A DNA stretch of 64,000 nucleotides from a virus (lineage: Duplodnaviria; Heunggongvirae; Uroviricota; Caudoviricetes). This document shows, in pieces, positions 42,221-52,351 of this stretch. How positions within the stretch are numbered: the stretch's first letter is position 1; the number at the start of each line of letters is the position of its first letter. Under the pieces are notes generated by a model. That model did not search any database, was not told the DNA's origin, and was given only the letters and a program-made list of their open reading frames with translations. The stretch covers positions 59,096-123,095 of the IMG/VR virus record IMGVR_UViG_3300029305_005988; one strand, given 5' to 3'. Made by a program: the position numbers and the translations under genes.

Positions 42221-42319
42221 TGGGGGGTCGCTTAATGGTCATAGCAGCGGTCTCTAAAACCGCCAGAGCCTACGGGTCTGCTCCGTAGTATGTGGGTTCG
42301 AGTCCCACCCCCCCAGCCA
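42221..42319 (+). tRNA. amber-suppressor tRNA(CUA), Gln-type identity, with 28-nt extra (variable) arm
   Basis: stem gcggt/accgc loop ctCTAaa; U1:A72, G73, tc-gct D-arm as in tRNA-Gln; variable arm ctacgg-gtctgct-ccgtag hairpin; T-arm gtggg/ttcgagt/cccac; CCA. Confidence 0.6.
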
Positions 42320-42321
42320 AT

Positions 42322-42357
42322 TGTGCCTCCTTCGTGAGCTTTGAAGGAGGCTTTTAA
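42322..42357 (+). terminator. rho-independent terminator
   Basis: gcctccttcgtgagctttgaaggaggc+tttt. Confidence 0.65.
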
Positions 42358-42378
42358 TCTATCAATAAGGAGTAACTA

Positions 42379-42876
42379 ATGAACAATAAAAAATTAGATA
42401 CTTATCTTCGCAAAGAATTACGGAAGATGGGTCATGATTATAAGCGCGAAAAGGCAAGATGCGCACGCCTTTATCCCGACTGGCGCGACGATGAATTCAA
42501 TATGCTAGACAATCTCTTTATATGGGGATATAATACAAATCCAAATACAACGCCTTCATTTTGTTCTTGGGATGATGCTTATATTTACTTTAATCGTCAA
42601 ACTAAGAAATATTATATGACTATAGATACAGGTTTCTATGGACTGAATTATGATGCGGATTTGGCTCGGACGGAGAGCGACCGACTTTCTCAAATCGACG
42701 AAGCTTTTAGAAATTTTTTAATCGAAAAAGGGTTACCAATGCGCGCGGATATTTTTCCATTTGAGGACCCGGCGCTCGAAGCAGATACTTTAAATGAGTT
42801 GTATGTTAAGTTCCGCATAATGATTGAAGGATATAAAATTTATAATTTAAATAAAGAAAATAAACCACAGAGTTAA
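42379..42876 (+). CDS. hypothetical protein (165 aa)
   Basis: ORF+RBS, terminator follows. Confidence 0.5.
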   Translation: MNNKKLDTYLRKELRKMGHDYKREKARCARLYPDWRDDEFNMLDNLFIWGYNTNPNTTPSFCSWDDAYIYFNRQTKKYYMTIDTGFYGLNYDADLARTESDRLSQIDEAFRNFLIEKGLPMRADIFPFEDPALEADTLNELYVKFRIMIEGYKIYNLNKENKPQS

Positions 42877-42895
42877 TCTGTGGTTTATTTTGTTG
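42860..42895 (+). terminator. rho-independent terminator
   Basis: aaaccacagagttaatctgtggttt+attttgttg. Confidence 0.65.
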
Positions 42896-43049
42896 AAATT
42901 TTTGAAAAAATATGTTATAATATAGTATAAGTAAATAAAAATGAATAAAAAATAAGATTGGTGATATTATCCTATCCTTGGGCAAAGTTATATAAATTAT
43001 TACAAGTAATTTTTATATATAATAACAAGATAAAAGGAGATGAATAAAA

Positions 43050-43901
43050 ATGACTTATACTCTAAAAAATGGTGAGACTATTGAATCTATACCAATTGGA
43101 CGTTCCTCTGTGATTATAGGAGAAAAAAGTCCAAGTGGAATGCTAACAGTTTGTGATCGAGGCCCTGCTCCTATTAGCGGGAGAGGCGCCACCGTAATCT
43201 GTCAATGCTAGTGCGGAAAATATACTCTTATTAAATTAAATGAGTTGCGAACAGGTAATACTAAATCTTGTGGTTGTTATGCACAAGAAAAAGCAAAAGA
43301 AAATGGTAAATATGTAGGCTCTTTACCTAAAAAAGCAAAAGATTATACACTTATAGATAATCCTTTTTATACTTTTATTCAAAGAACAGATAAAAAAGAT
43401 ATTTCAAATAGTTTCTTTTGGATAGTACAGTGTAAAAGATGCGGCAAACAATATGAAGAAGTGCCTTCTCAAATTATTTCTACCACTCGAGCACGAGGCA
43501 ATAATCCTTGTAGTTGTTGGAAACATTTAAGTAAAGGAGAGCAAAAGATCATAAATCTGCTTTTAAATAACAATATTTCCTTTTCACAACAAGTGACTTT
43601 TAAAGATTGCCTTTCTCCACTAGGGAACCCTTTAAAATTTGATTTTTTTATTGAACAAAAGTATTTAATTGAATTTGATGGTGAGTAGCATTTTTTACCT
43701 CAACAATTTGGAAATAACGAATCTGGAGAAGAAAAATTAAAGCTTACTCAAGAATACGATGCAATTAAAAACCAATGGTGTAAAAATAATGGAATTCCGC
43801 TAATAAGAATTCCTTATACTCATTACAGTCAATTAAATATTAAAGATTTATTATTAGAAACAAGTAATTTTATATTAAAGGAGAAAATAAATGCCGAATA
43901 A
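43050..43901 (+). CDS. Zn-finger + Vsr/DUF559-like (PD-(D/E)XK) endonuclease, HEG-like; 2 in-frame TAG (43209, 43686)
   Basis: RBS aaaaggagatgaataaaaatg; ...VICQC*CGKY...KFDFFIEQKYLIEFDGE*HFLPQQFGN...; ORF 43245-43688 is the middle segment. Confidence 0.5.
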
Positions 43902-45171
43902 AATTTATAATGAAGATAGTACGCAACATATATCTCCTCGAGAGTTTACACGAAAAAGACCTGGTACCTATTGTGGTTCAACCGAGTATAGCACACAGCT
44001 TATTCGAGAGCTATTCGCCAATGCTTTAGATGAACACAATATAGGCCATGGTAATGTAATTTCAATCGAGGCTGATACAAAAAAGAACTTGTATACGGTT
44101 ACAGACTTAGGACAAGGCTTTATCCCTGGCGCGCCAAGAGAAAATGGGGAAACAATGTTTTCAGAATGTTTCTCGGTTATTAATACTTCAGGCAAGTATG
44201 ATGATGCTGATGATTCGATCTATGGTGGAAGTGCTCTAGGACTCAATGGTATAGGCATGAAGTTAGTCTGTTACCTTTCAAGCTGGTCTCAAGCTACAAC
44301 AACCAATGGCAGCGGCAAGAGAGAAACAATTACCTATAAAGATGGTTTGTTTGAATCGCGTCAAATTACCGACGAAAAGAAAGATATTCACGGTACAACA
44401 ATTAGTTATCAACCAGATCCTCAATTCTTCCAGCATCAAGAAGCAAACTTTGACGAGTTGAGAAAGATGTTTACCGACATCGCCGCACTTTGCCCCATGC
44501 TTACTATTGAACTTACTGTTGACGGAAAAAAAGAAATATTCCACTCTTCAAGAGGTTTAAATGACTTGATTGATGCAAAAGTTGGTGATAATGAAATTCT
44601 TTCAAATCGTTTTATTGCGCGTAGAGAGTCGGGCGCAGATCTCTTTGATATTTGCTTAACTTATACTTCTAATTATTCAGAAGATGTAACGGGTTATGTT
44701 AATTTTGGTTTAACTGAAAGCGGCGTTCATATGACGGCTTTGAGAACTAATTTAACAAGACTAATTAATAAATTTGCGAATGATAAAAAGATGTTTAAAG
44801 CAGGAGAGTCAAATCTTACTGGACAGGAGCTCTCTGAAGGACTTGTAATTATTTTCAATCTTAAAGCAAAAAAGGTTGCTTATGATAGCCAGTCAAAAGT
44901 AAGAGTTGTTGACATTGATAAGACATTGATTAATCAGACTCTAAGTGAAGACTTTGCTCAATGGCTTGAGTCTAATCAAAAGGATGTTAAAATTATTATT
45001 GACAAAGCGCTAAGTGCTCGTAGAGCAAGAGAGGCTGCTAAAAAGGCGCGCGACGCGGCTCGAGGCGACAAAAAGAAAAAGGAAAAGGCGCTTAAGTTTG
45101 ACTCTAAACTAGCAGATTGTTATTCAAAGGTTCGCGCCAACTGTGAGATCTATGTAACTGAGGGTAAGTGA
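43891..45171 (+). CDS. gyrB: DNA gyrase/topo II subunit B, exon 1 (GHKL ATPase + transducer), ends inside TOPRIM motif
   Basis: GHKL ATPase motifs; ...CEIYVTEG then K-stop from intron. Confidence 0.8.
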   Translation: MPNKIYNEDSTQHISPREFTRKRPGTYCGSTEYSTQLIRELFANALDEHNIGHGNVISIEADTKKNLYTVTDLGQGFIPGAPRENGETMFSECFSVINTSGKYDDADDSIYGGSALGLNGIGMKLVCYLSSWSQATTTNGSGKRETITYKDGLFESRQITDEKKDIHGTTISYQPDPQFFQHQEANFDELRKMFTDIAALCPMLTIELTVDGKKEIFHSSRGLNDLIDAKVGDNEILSNRFIARRESGADLFDICLTYTSNYSEDVTGYVNFGLTESGVHMTALRTNLTRLINKFANDKKMFKAGESNLTGQELSEGLVIIFNLKAKKVAYDSQSKVRVVDIDKTLINQTLSEDFAQWLESNQKDVKIIIDKALSARRAREAAKKARDAARGDKKKKEKALKFDSKLADCYSKVRANCEIYVTEGK

Positions 45172-46273
45172 AAACTATTGCCCGAATCCTTTTTACCATT
45201 AATCAGTGGGGTCACAATTATTGTGGCTAACGGGGAAAGCTGACCATTACACAGATATGTCAAAATCTGTTTAGGTGAAGTCAATCCCGTGGCAAAATTT
45301 TAAAATTTTTAGGTCAAATCTTGATAAATTTCTTACTCTCACTTTCATATATAAATAGAAGGAGACAGAGTACTTCTAATATATTTGAAATAAGGAGAAT
45401 AATAATGATTGGAATTTACAAGTACACAAACAAAATTAATGGGAAACACTATATTGGATAGAGCATTAATTTAGAAATGCGCAAATATGCACATAAATCT
45501 TCTGCTTTTAATGAAAATGCTAAAGATTATAATGCTCAATTTCATCAAGCAATTCGTAAATACGGTTGGGATAATTTTGATTATGAAGTAATCGCAGAGT
45601 TAACCCCAGAAGAATATACGAAAGAAGGACTTGATGCCTTAGAAAGATATTTTATTAAATATTACGACTCTTTTCATAATGGCTATAATGCCACCGAAGG
45701 CGGAGATGATAATCCACTTAGGGCGCAAAAAGGCTCTGCCAATGGGCGTGCGCTTTTAACAGAAGAGGATGTTATTTATATTAGAGAATGTTATAATGCA
45801 CATATTCCTTTTAGAGAGGTTTATGCAGAGTATCAAGATAAAATATCTAAAAGAGGGCTTCAAAAAGTATGGTGGTTTGATACATGGAAAGATATCTATC
45901 CAGAGTATCATACAGAAGAAAATAAAAAATGGCATGCTACAAAAGCAAAAGCTAATGCTTCAGAGGTTGCCGCAAATAATAAACGCAGTTTTACCGAAGA
46001 AGAAGTTAAAAAAATGAGAGAAGAGTACGACAATGGAATGTCACCAAAGCAAATTTGGCTAAGATATGCACCAGAGAAAGCTTGGTCGACAGTTTATAAT
46101 GTTGTAACAAGACAGACCTATAAAGATATTTAAAATAAGCTGTATCGACTATCCCGAGTGAGATCGGGAGTAGAAATGTTATTGATACGCATTTCGAAAT
46201 AGAGGACACGATGATGACCTGACAAGTCGGAGTGAAGAGATAGTCAGTGCCTATAGAAATATAGGAGCACATG
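45166..46273 (+). mobile_element. group I-like intron in gyrB carrying GIY-YIG HEG
   Basis: 5' exon ends ggT, intron ends atG; splice restores YVTEG|DSASGN = TOPRIM EGDSA motif; candidate P1 pairing gggu/gccc. Confidence 0.55.
45405..46133 (+). CDS. intron-encoded GIY-YIG homing endonuclease with in-frame TAG at 45459
   Basis: MIGIYKYTNKINGKHYIG*SINLEMRKYAH...GYNATEGG; ORF 45477-46133 is its body. Confidence 0.7.
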
Positions 46274-46912
46274 GATAGTGCGTCTGGAAACCTTAAGTCA
46301 GCTCGAAACAATGAGTTCCAGGCTGTAATGCCAGTTCGAGGTAAAATCCTTAATTGTCAAAAGAATACGCTGGATAAGATCCAAAAGAACGCAGAGATTA
46401 TGACTATGATTGAGGCATTTGGTCTTAAAGCAGACCCTAAGACGATGAAACTTACCTATGACAAAGACTCACTGCGTTATGGCAAGATTATTATAGCTGC
46501 TGATGGAGATGCTGATGGTAGCCATATTCGAAACCTGTTTTATACTTTTATCTGGAACTTCTGTCCGCAACTTATTCAAGAGGGATATGTGTATGCTCTT
46601 GTAGCGCCGCTCTATAAGATTACGATGGGTAAAGATACTTATCTATATTTAAGAGACGATAAAGAATTGGCTGAGTTCCAAGAGAAAAATAGAGGAAAAA
46701 AGTATCAGGTCAATAGATTTAAGGGATTAGGTGAAATGTCAGAGGACGAGACTGAAATTCTTGTAGACCCAGGCTTAAGAGTGCTAAATCAGGTTGCGGT
46801 TGAAGAAGCAAAGAAAGCAGATGTCTTATTTGATCAATTGATGGGCGTTGGGGTTGCAGCGAGAAAGAAGTTTATTCAGGATCATAGCAAGGAGGCTAAA
46901 TATGGAGTATAA
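46271..46912 (+). CDS. gyrB: DNA gyrase/topo II subunit B, exon 2 (TOPRIM + tail)
   Basis: DSASGN...PVRGKILNCQKNT...IIIAADGDADGSHIRNL ~ GyrB EGDSAGGS...PLKGKILNVEKAR...IMTDADVDGSHI. Confidence 0.75.
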   Translation: MDSASGNLKSARNNEFQAVMPVRGKILNCQKNTLDKIQKNAEIMTMIEAFGLKADPKTMKLTYDKDSLRYGKIIIAADGDADGSHIRNLFYTFIWNFCPQLIQEGYVYALVAPLYKITMGKDTYLYLRDDKELAEFQEKNRGKKYQVNRFKGLGEMSEDETEILVDPGLRVLNQVAVEEAKKADVLFDQLMGVGVAARKKFIQDHSKEAKYGV

Positions 46913-47138
46913 TTTTATTACTGTTGCCGTTCCTGCTAATTCTGATTTACAAGAAAAGACACATGAGTTTTTGTATAACAATTGTGGGGATTGTTATGTA
47001 GGAGTATTATGTGAAGATATTCATAACGAACAAGAATTAAAAAATGTTTTACAAGCATATGCTGAAGCTGTTCAAAGAATTATTATACAGGAGGTTAAAA
47101 CAAGACAATGTCCATGGAATATAACAGAGTTGAATTAA
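46902..47138 (+). CDS. hypothetical small protein (78 aa)
   Basis: ATG overlapping gyrB stop. Confidence 0.4.
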   Translation: MEYNFITVAVPANSDLQEKTHEFLYNNCGDCYVGVLCEDIHNEQELKNVLQAYAEAVQRIIIQEVKTRQCPWNITELN

Positions 47139-49450
47139 CACAAGAGTTATCAAATAACTGTATTGAATATGCAGCCGCCGTTAATGAAGACCGTGCTATC
47201 CCAGACGCTACAAGCGGTTTGAAACCAGTTGCAAGAAGAATTATCTATGGCGCATATGATTCAGGTAGAAGCTCCAATAAGCCTCATGTTAAGTGCGCAA
47301 ATATCGTCGGTGATGTAATGGCTAGATTTCATCCCCATGGAGATAGCTCTATTTATGGTGCGCTTGTTCGCCTTGCGCAGCCTTGGGAGATGAGATATCC
47401 GCTAATTGATTTCCACGGAAACATGGGTAATGTGGGCGGCGATGGCCCGGCGCATTATCGTTATACCGAAGCGCGCCTTGCTAAATTTACTGAAGATGGA
47501 TTATTGCAAGGATTAAAGAAGCGCAATGTGCGTTTTATGCGCAACTATGATGAAACAACAGAAGAGCCTATGACTCTTCCTGCATTGTTCCCTAACTTAC
47601 TTTGCAACCCGAATATGGGTATTGGCTGGGCTATTGCATGTAACTGGGCGCCGCATAACTTAGGTGAAGTTGCAGATGCAATCTTCGCATATATGGATGG
47701 CGCCGAGCCTATGTTGCCTGGACCTGACTTCCCAACAGGTGGTGTTGTAATAAATAAAAACGACATCCCTGCAATTATGAAAACTGGCCGCGGAACAGTA
47801 AAGGTTCGCGGTAGATATAATATTGAAAAGCAAAATATCGTCTTTTATGAGATACCTTATGGAGTTCAAACAGAAGCACTTCTTGCAGAAATTGGCAAAC
47901 TCTGTGATACAAAAGAACTTGAAGGTATTGAGAATCTAAGAGACGAAAGTAATAAGAAGGGTATGAGAATTGTTATCGAGTGCGAGAGAGGCGCGAATCC
48001 CGATGCGATCGTAAAGCAATTGTTCGCAAAGACCGATCTCCAGTCCTCATTCTCATACAACCAGGTCGCGCTTGTTGATAAAACTCCTACGGAGCTTAAT
48101 TTGAAGCAGAGTTGCGAAATTTATGTAGACCATAACTTACTTTGTATTCAAAATGAAGCGCAGTTTGATTTAGAAAAAGCTCAAGATAGACTTCATATTG
48201 TTGAAGGACTTCTTCGTGCATTAGAAGATATCGACAATATTATTGCGCTCATTAAGAAATCTGCAAGTGCGGCGGCCGCTAAGGATGCGTTAATCGCCAC
48301 CTATAAGTTCTCTGAAGCACAGGCAAAAGCTATCGTAGATATGAAGCTTGGTAAATTAGCTGGACTTGAAAAGGTTGAGCTGAATCAAGAGGCAGAGGAA
48401 TTGCGTAAAGAGGTTGCAGAACTAAATACTCTCTTCCTTAATGAAACTAAGCAGCGTGAAGTATTGCGCGAGCGCCTTGCGGCATTTGTCAAAAAATATG
48501 GCGATAAGCGTAGAACTGGTCTTGAGCAGATCGAACTTCCTAAGGCGGAAAAGGAGATTGAGACGGTAGTGCCTGAAGACTGTGTAGTAATAGCTACTCA
48601 AAATGGTGACATTAAGAGAGTGCCTGCCGCATCCTTTAAGACGCAACGGCGCAACGGAAAAGGGGTAAAGACAACAGATGATGCAATCCTTGACATGATT
48701 TCTACTAATACTGTTGATACTCTAATGTTCTTTACAAATAAGGGTAAGATGTATCGTTTATTGGTAGATAAAGTTCCTACTGGTACTAATGCTTCTAAGG
48801 GTGGACGCATTGGTGCATTGATTAACCTTGAGGCAGATGAAAAAGTCGTAGCTATGACTTCGCTTTATCGCAAAAGTCAAGCAGATTATGTTATTTTCAT
48901 CACAAAGCAAGGTCTATTTAAGAAGACTAAACTGGAAGAATATCTTCAAACTAAGCGCGCAACAGGTATTGCCGCAATCAAATTCAAGGAGGGTGACTCT
49001 CTTGCTACTGTTACTTTTGCTAATGAAGAAGATTTTATCGTGGTTACGAAGCAGGGTATGAGTATCCATTTTGAGACAAAAGAAATTGCTCCTATTGGGC
49101 GCGTGACCTCTGGTGTAAAGAGCATTAAGTTAAACGAAGGTGACGAGGTATTAACTGGATTGCCCATTAAACACAAGACGGATACCCTTGCAACGTTTAG
49201 CGCGAATGGTATGGGGCGCAAGACCTTGCTTGAAGAATTCCCTGTCCAGGGTAGAGGTGGTAAAGGTCTAAAGATAGGCTACGGAGACCTGGCCGGCGCA
49301 GCATTAATTAGTGATGAAGATAACCTCCTAATTGTTGGCTCACCAAATAGTATCTGTATATCAGCCACTGAAATTCCGCAGTTGGCGCGTACGGCGCAAG
49401 GTAATATAATGATTAAGAATAGCACTATTAAAGGAGTTATTAAGCTATGA
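47108..49450 (+). CDS. gyrA: DNA gyrase subunit A (with C-terminal beta-pinwheel domain)
   Basis: AAAVNEDRAIPDATSGLKPVARRIIYG...RFHPHGDSSIYGALVRLAQ; active-site Tyr region; CTD repeats. Confidence 0.85.
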   Translation: MSMEYNRVELTQELSNNCIEYAAAVNEDRAIPDATSGLKPVARRIIYGAYDSGRSSNKPHVKCANIVGDVMARFHPHGDSSIYGALVRLAQPWEMRYPLIDFHGNMGNVGGDGPAHYRYTEARLAKFTEDGLLQGLKKRNVRFMRNYDETTEEPMTLPALFPNLLCNPNMGIGWAIACNWAPHNLGEVADAIFAYMDGAEPMLPGPDFPTGGVVINKNDIPAIMKTGRGTVKVRGRYNIEKQNIVFYEIPYGVQTEALLAEIGKLCDTKELEGIENLRDESNKKGMRIVIECERGANPDAIVKQLFAKTDLQSSFSYNQVALVDKTPTELNLKQSCEIYVDHNLLCIQNEAQFDLEKAQDRLHIVEGLLRALEDIDNIIALIKKSASAAAAKDALIATYKFSEAQAKAIVDMKLGKLAGLEKVELNQEAEELRKEVAELNTLFLNETKQREVLRERLAAFVKKYGDKRRTGLEQIELPKAEKEIETVVPEDCVVIATQNGDIKRVPAASFKTQRRNGKGVKTTDDAILDMISTNTVDTLMFFTNKGKMYRLLVDKVPTGTNASKGGRIGALINLEADEKVVAMTSLYRKSQADYVIFITKQGLFKKTKLEEYLQTKRATGIAAIKFKEGDSLATVTFANEEDFIVVTKQGMSIHFETKEIAPIGRVTSGVKSIKLNEGDEVLTGLPIKHKTDTLATFSANGMGRKTLLEEFPVQGRGGKGLKIGYGDLAGAALISDEDNLLIVGSPNSICISATEIPQLARTAQGNIMIKNSTIKGVIKL

Positions 49451-49875
49451 ATAAATGGCTAAGTCGAATATGGGAAGCGCCTCAAAAGGCGCTTGCCCAT
49501 ATCATAGCAAAAGTAACAAAAGCAGAAACGCTTGATTTAGTAAGCATGAATAGAGAAACTGTTCATTTTTACTTTTGGAATAAAAGTAGAGGAATGTCTT
49601 TAAGTAATCATATCTTTTTACCAAGAAAGTATTTCGATAAGCCAATAGAAGAAGTAATGGCATCTAAATGGCACCGAGAATATATAGCACATGAATATGG
49701 ACACACAATTCAATCTCACAAGCTCGGTCCGCTATATTTATTAGTAATCGGTCTTCCTTCTGTTGTCTGGGCTGGATGCTTTGAGAACTATCGTAAAAAG
49801 CATAATATTAGTTATTATTCATTTTATACTGAACAATCCGCAGATAAGCTAGGCAGGGTTAAAAGAGAGGATTAA
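49447..49875 (+). CDS. putative HExxH metallopeptidase-like protein
   Basis: AHEYGHTIQS. Confidence 0.4.
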   Translation: MNKWLSRIWEAPQKALAHIIAKVTKAETLDLVSMNRETVHFYFWNKSRGMSLSNHIFLPRKYFDKPIEEVMASKWHREYIAHEYGHTIQSHKLGPLYLLVIGLPSVVWAGCFENYRKKHNISYYSFYTEQSADKLGRVKRED

Positions 49876-49895
49876 ATATCCTCTCTTCTTTTGAT
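49860..49895 (+). terminator. rho-independent terminator
   Basis: aaaagagaggattaaatatcctctcttctttt. Confidence 0.65.
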
Positions 49896-49951
49896 TTTTT
49901 ATTAAAAATATGTTATAATATATTATAAGAATAAAAAAGGAGAAGATAATA

Positions 49952-50164
49952 ATGACCGATAAAGAAAAAGAGTTAATTGATATTATTCTCACTCAACGCA
50001 AACACATTGTTTATCTTGCTCTTGAGTATAAAGGGGAGCGAATGCAGTTAAATGCCGAAGGATTTTCTGCTCTTCAATTTTGGCGAGATATTTATAATAT
50101 TGAAGCCGTTGATAACTACTTAAAACAAGTAAACGATTATTTGGAGGAAAATTATGATATTTGA
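49952..50164 (+). CDS. hypothetical protein (70 aa)
   Basis: promoter+RBS. Confidence 0.4.
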   Translation: MTDKEKELIDIILTQRKHIVYLALEYKGERMQLNAEGFSALQFWRDIYNIEAVDNYLKQVNDYLEENYDI

Positions 50165-52103
50165 AGAAAAATCAAGAATGATAGAGCTTATTGAATTTCT
50201 AAACTATCATCAAGACTTGTATGATAGAGGAACTCCTCAAATCAGCGATAGTAAATGGGACGCCGCCTATCTTGAGTTAAAAGAGCTTGAAACTCTTGGA
50301 GGTTATAGTCTACCCAACTCGCCTACTCAAAAGATAAGATATGAAGTTGTAAATGAACTTAAGAAAGTAAAACACGAATATCAACCTATGCTTTCTCTTG
50401 ATAAAACAAAAGATATTGAGGAAATAAAGTCTTTCATCGGTAATAAAAACTGGATTGCAATGTTAAAGCTGGACGGTCTAACTTGTCGTTTGACCTATGA
50501 AGAAGGTAGACTAGTTCGCGCCGAGACAAGAGGTAATGGTATTGAAGGAGAAGATATTACTCATAACGCGCGAGTGCTTCCCTCTATTCCGCAGATTATC
50601 CCATATAAAGATACACTTGTAGTAGATGGAGAAGTTATTTGTGACCTTAATACTTTTGAGCGGTTTAAAAATGAATACGCAAATGCGCGAAACTTTGCAG
50701 CAGGTAGTATTAGGCTACTTGATAGTAATGAGTGTGCTAAAAGAGGATTAACTTTTGTAGCTTGGGATGTAATTACTGGCTACGAAGATTATGATACTTC
50801 TTTAAATAAAAAATTAACCACTCTTATTGATTATCATTTTACTATTGTTCCCTTTTCAATGTTATATCTTGAAACAGTGGTTGATGATTTACAAGATAAT
50901 AATAAAAAATATTGCAATTACCCTATTGATGGTATTGTCTTTAAGTATAATAAAAATGACGACTATTATACAGCAGGCAAAACCGAGCATCATTTCCGCG
51001 GCGGTCTTGCTTATAAATTCTATGACGAAGAATATGAAACTGAGCTCTTAGATATTGAATGGTCTATGGGTAGAACCGGTGTCTTAACTCCAGTTGCAGT
51101 TTATAAAGATATAGAAATTGACGGAGCAATCTGCAACCGCGCAAATCTTCATAATGTCTCTATAATGCAAGAGTTGCTTGGTCAAACTCCTTTTATCGGA
51201 GAAACTTTATGGATTTATAAAGCGAATCAGATTATTCCTCAGGTATCTAGAGCTGGACATATGTATATCGAAGGCGGCAATACCTTTATTCCAGATGCCT
51301 GTCCTATTTGCGAAGGCTTAACAGAAATACGAGAAAGCGATTCTGGCACAGTTGAACTCTATTGCACAAACCCTCAGTGTCCAGGCAAACTCGTTAATAA
51401 GCTAGACCACTTCTGTGGCAAGAAAGGCCTAGATATTAAAGGCTTGTCCAAAGCTACTTTGGAGAAACTTATTGACTGGGGTTGGGTCACTTCAATAAAC
51501 GATATTTGCGCACTCGGTGAAGTAGCTGATCTTTGGGCTAGCAAGCCTGGTTTTGGGCCTAAGAGTGTAAATAAACTTATTGACTCTATATGGGAGGCGC
51601 GCAATACTACCCTGGCGCAGTATTTAAGTGCAATTAGTATTCCGCTTATTGGTAAGACTTACGCGCAGAAACTTGCAAATACTTTTGAAACCTATGAAGA
51701 GTTTAGAAATGCTGTTACAGATGGCTTTGATTTTGAGTCACTTGATGGTATTGGACCAGAAAAAGCAGATGCAATTTTAAGTTTTGACTATACAGAAGCA
51801 GATAATCTCGTAGAAAAAGGTATTATCACATTTAAAGCAAAAGAAAGCGCACTGGAAAATTCTGGAAATTCGCTCGAAGGCAAGACTTTCTGCGTAACCG
51901 GACGAGTCCATATCTGGAAAAACCGAGACGAACTTTCAGCAGCAGTAACTGCCGCAGGAGGCAAGGTAACATCGTCAGTCTCATCAAAAACCGATTATCT
52001 CGTAAACAATGATGTTACAAGCACAACTGCAAAAAATCTTAAAGCAAAAGAACTCGGTATCCCGATCATCACTGAAGAACAACTACTGGAGATGATGAAA
52101 TGA
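50154..52103 (+). CDS. ligA: NAD-dependent DNA ligase LigA (with HhH and BRCT)
   Basis: KLDG adenylation motif, Zn-finger CPIC...C..C, C-terminal BRCT GKTFCVTG. Confidence 0.85.
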   Translation: MIFEEKSRMIELIEFLNYHQDLYDRGTPQISDSKWDAAYLELKELETLGGYSLPNSPTQKIRYEVVNELKKVKHEYQPMLSLDKTKDIEEIKSFIGNKNWIAMLKLDGLTCRLTYEEGRLVRAETRGNGIEGEDITHNARVLPSIPQIIPYKDTLVVDGEVICDLNTFERFKNEYANARNFAAGSIRLLDSNECAKRGLTFVAWDVITGYEDYDTSLNKKLTTLIDYHFTIVPFSMLYLETVVDDLQDNNKKYCNYPIDGIVFKYNKNDDYYTAGKTEHHFRGGLAYKFYDEEYETELLDIEWSMGRTGVLTPVAVYKDIEIDGAICNRANLHNVSIMQELLGQTPFIGETLWIYKANQIIPQVSRAGHMYIEGGNTFIPDACPICEGLTEIRESDSGTVELYCTNPQCPGKLVNKLDHFCGKKGLDIKGLSKATLEKLIDWGWVTSINDICALGEVADLWASKPGFGPKSVNKLIDSIWEARNTTLAQYLSAISIPLIGKTYAQKLANTFETYEEFRNAVTDGFDFESLDGIGPEKADAILSFDYTEADNLVEKGIITFKAKESALENSGNSLEGKTFCVTGRVHIWKNRDELSAAVTAAGGKVTSSVSSKTDYLVNNDVTSTTAKNLKAKELGIPIITEEQLLEMMK

Positions 52104-52351
52104 AAGCTAACTATAACTTAACACCAGATGCTCCCGCGTCTCCAATGAATAGAGATCAGCGCAGAGCAATGCATGAGCGCCTTATGCCTAAAATCAAGCG
52201 CATTGTAGAACTTGAAAAGCAAATTAAAGCAGGTATCGACAAAGATGCTGCTGAAACAGAAATGAGCCAAATTGTAGAAAGCTGCACAATGGTGGAAATG
52301 TTCGCTATCGAAGATTATATCTATAATAAGAATCTACTTGACAATAAGTAA
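52100..52351 (+). CDS. hypothetical protein (83 aa)
   Basis: ATGA overlap. Confidence 0.45.
   Translation: MKANYNLTPDAPASPMNRDQRRAMHERLMPKIKRIVELEKQIKAGIDKDAAETEMSQIVESCTMVEMFAIEDYIYNKNLLDNK

Noticed and set aside
42221-42319. Alternative reading of the suppressor as a Ser/Leu/Tyr-type (class II) amber suppressor
   Set aside because: The long extra arm suggested class II. However U1:A72, G73, the tc-gcY D-arm and the anticodon-stem sequence match tRNA-Gln, including this phage's own Gln(UUG). A paralog also shows Q at a TAG position. One paralog shows L, so Leu is not fully excluded.
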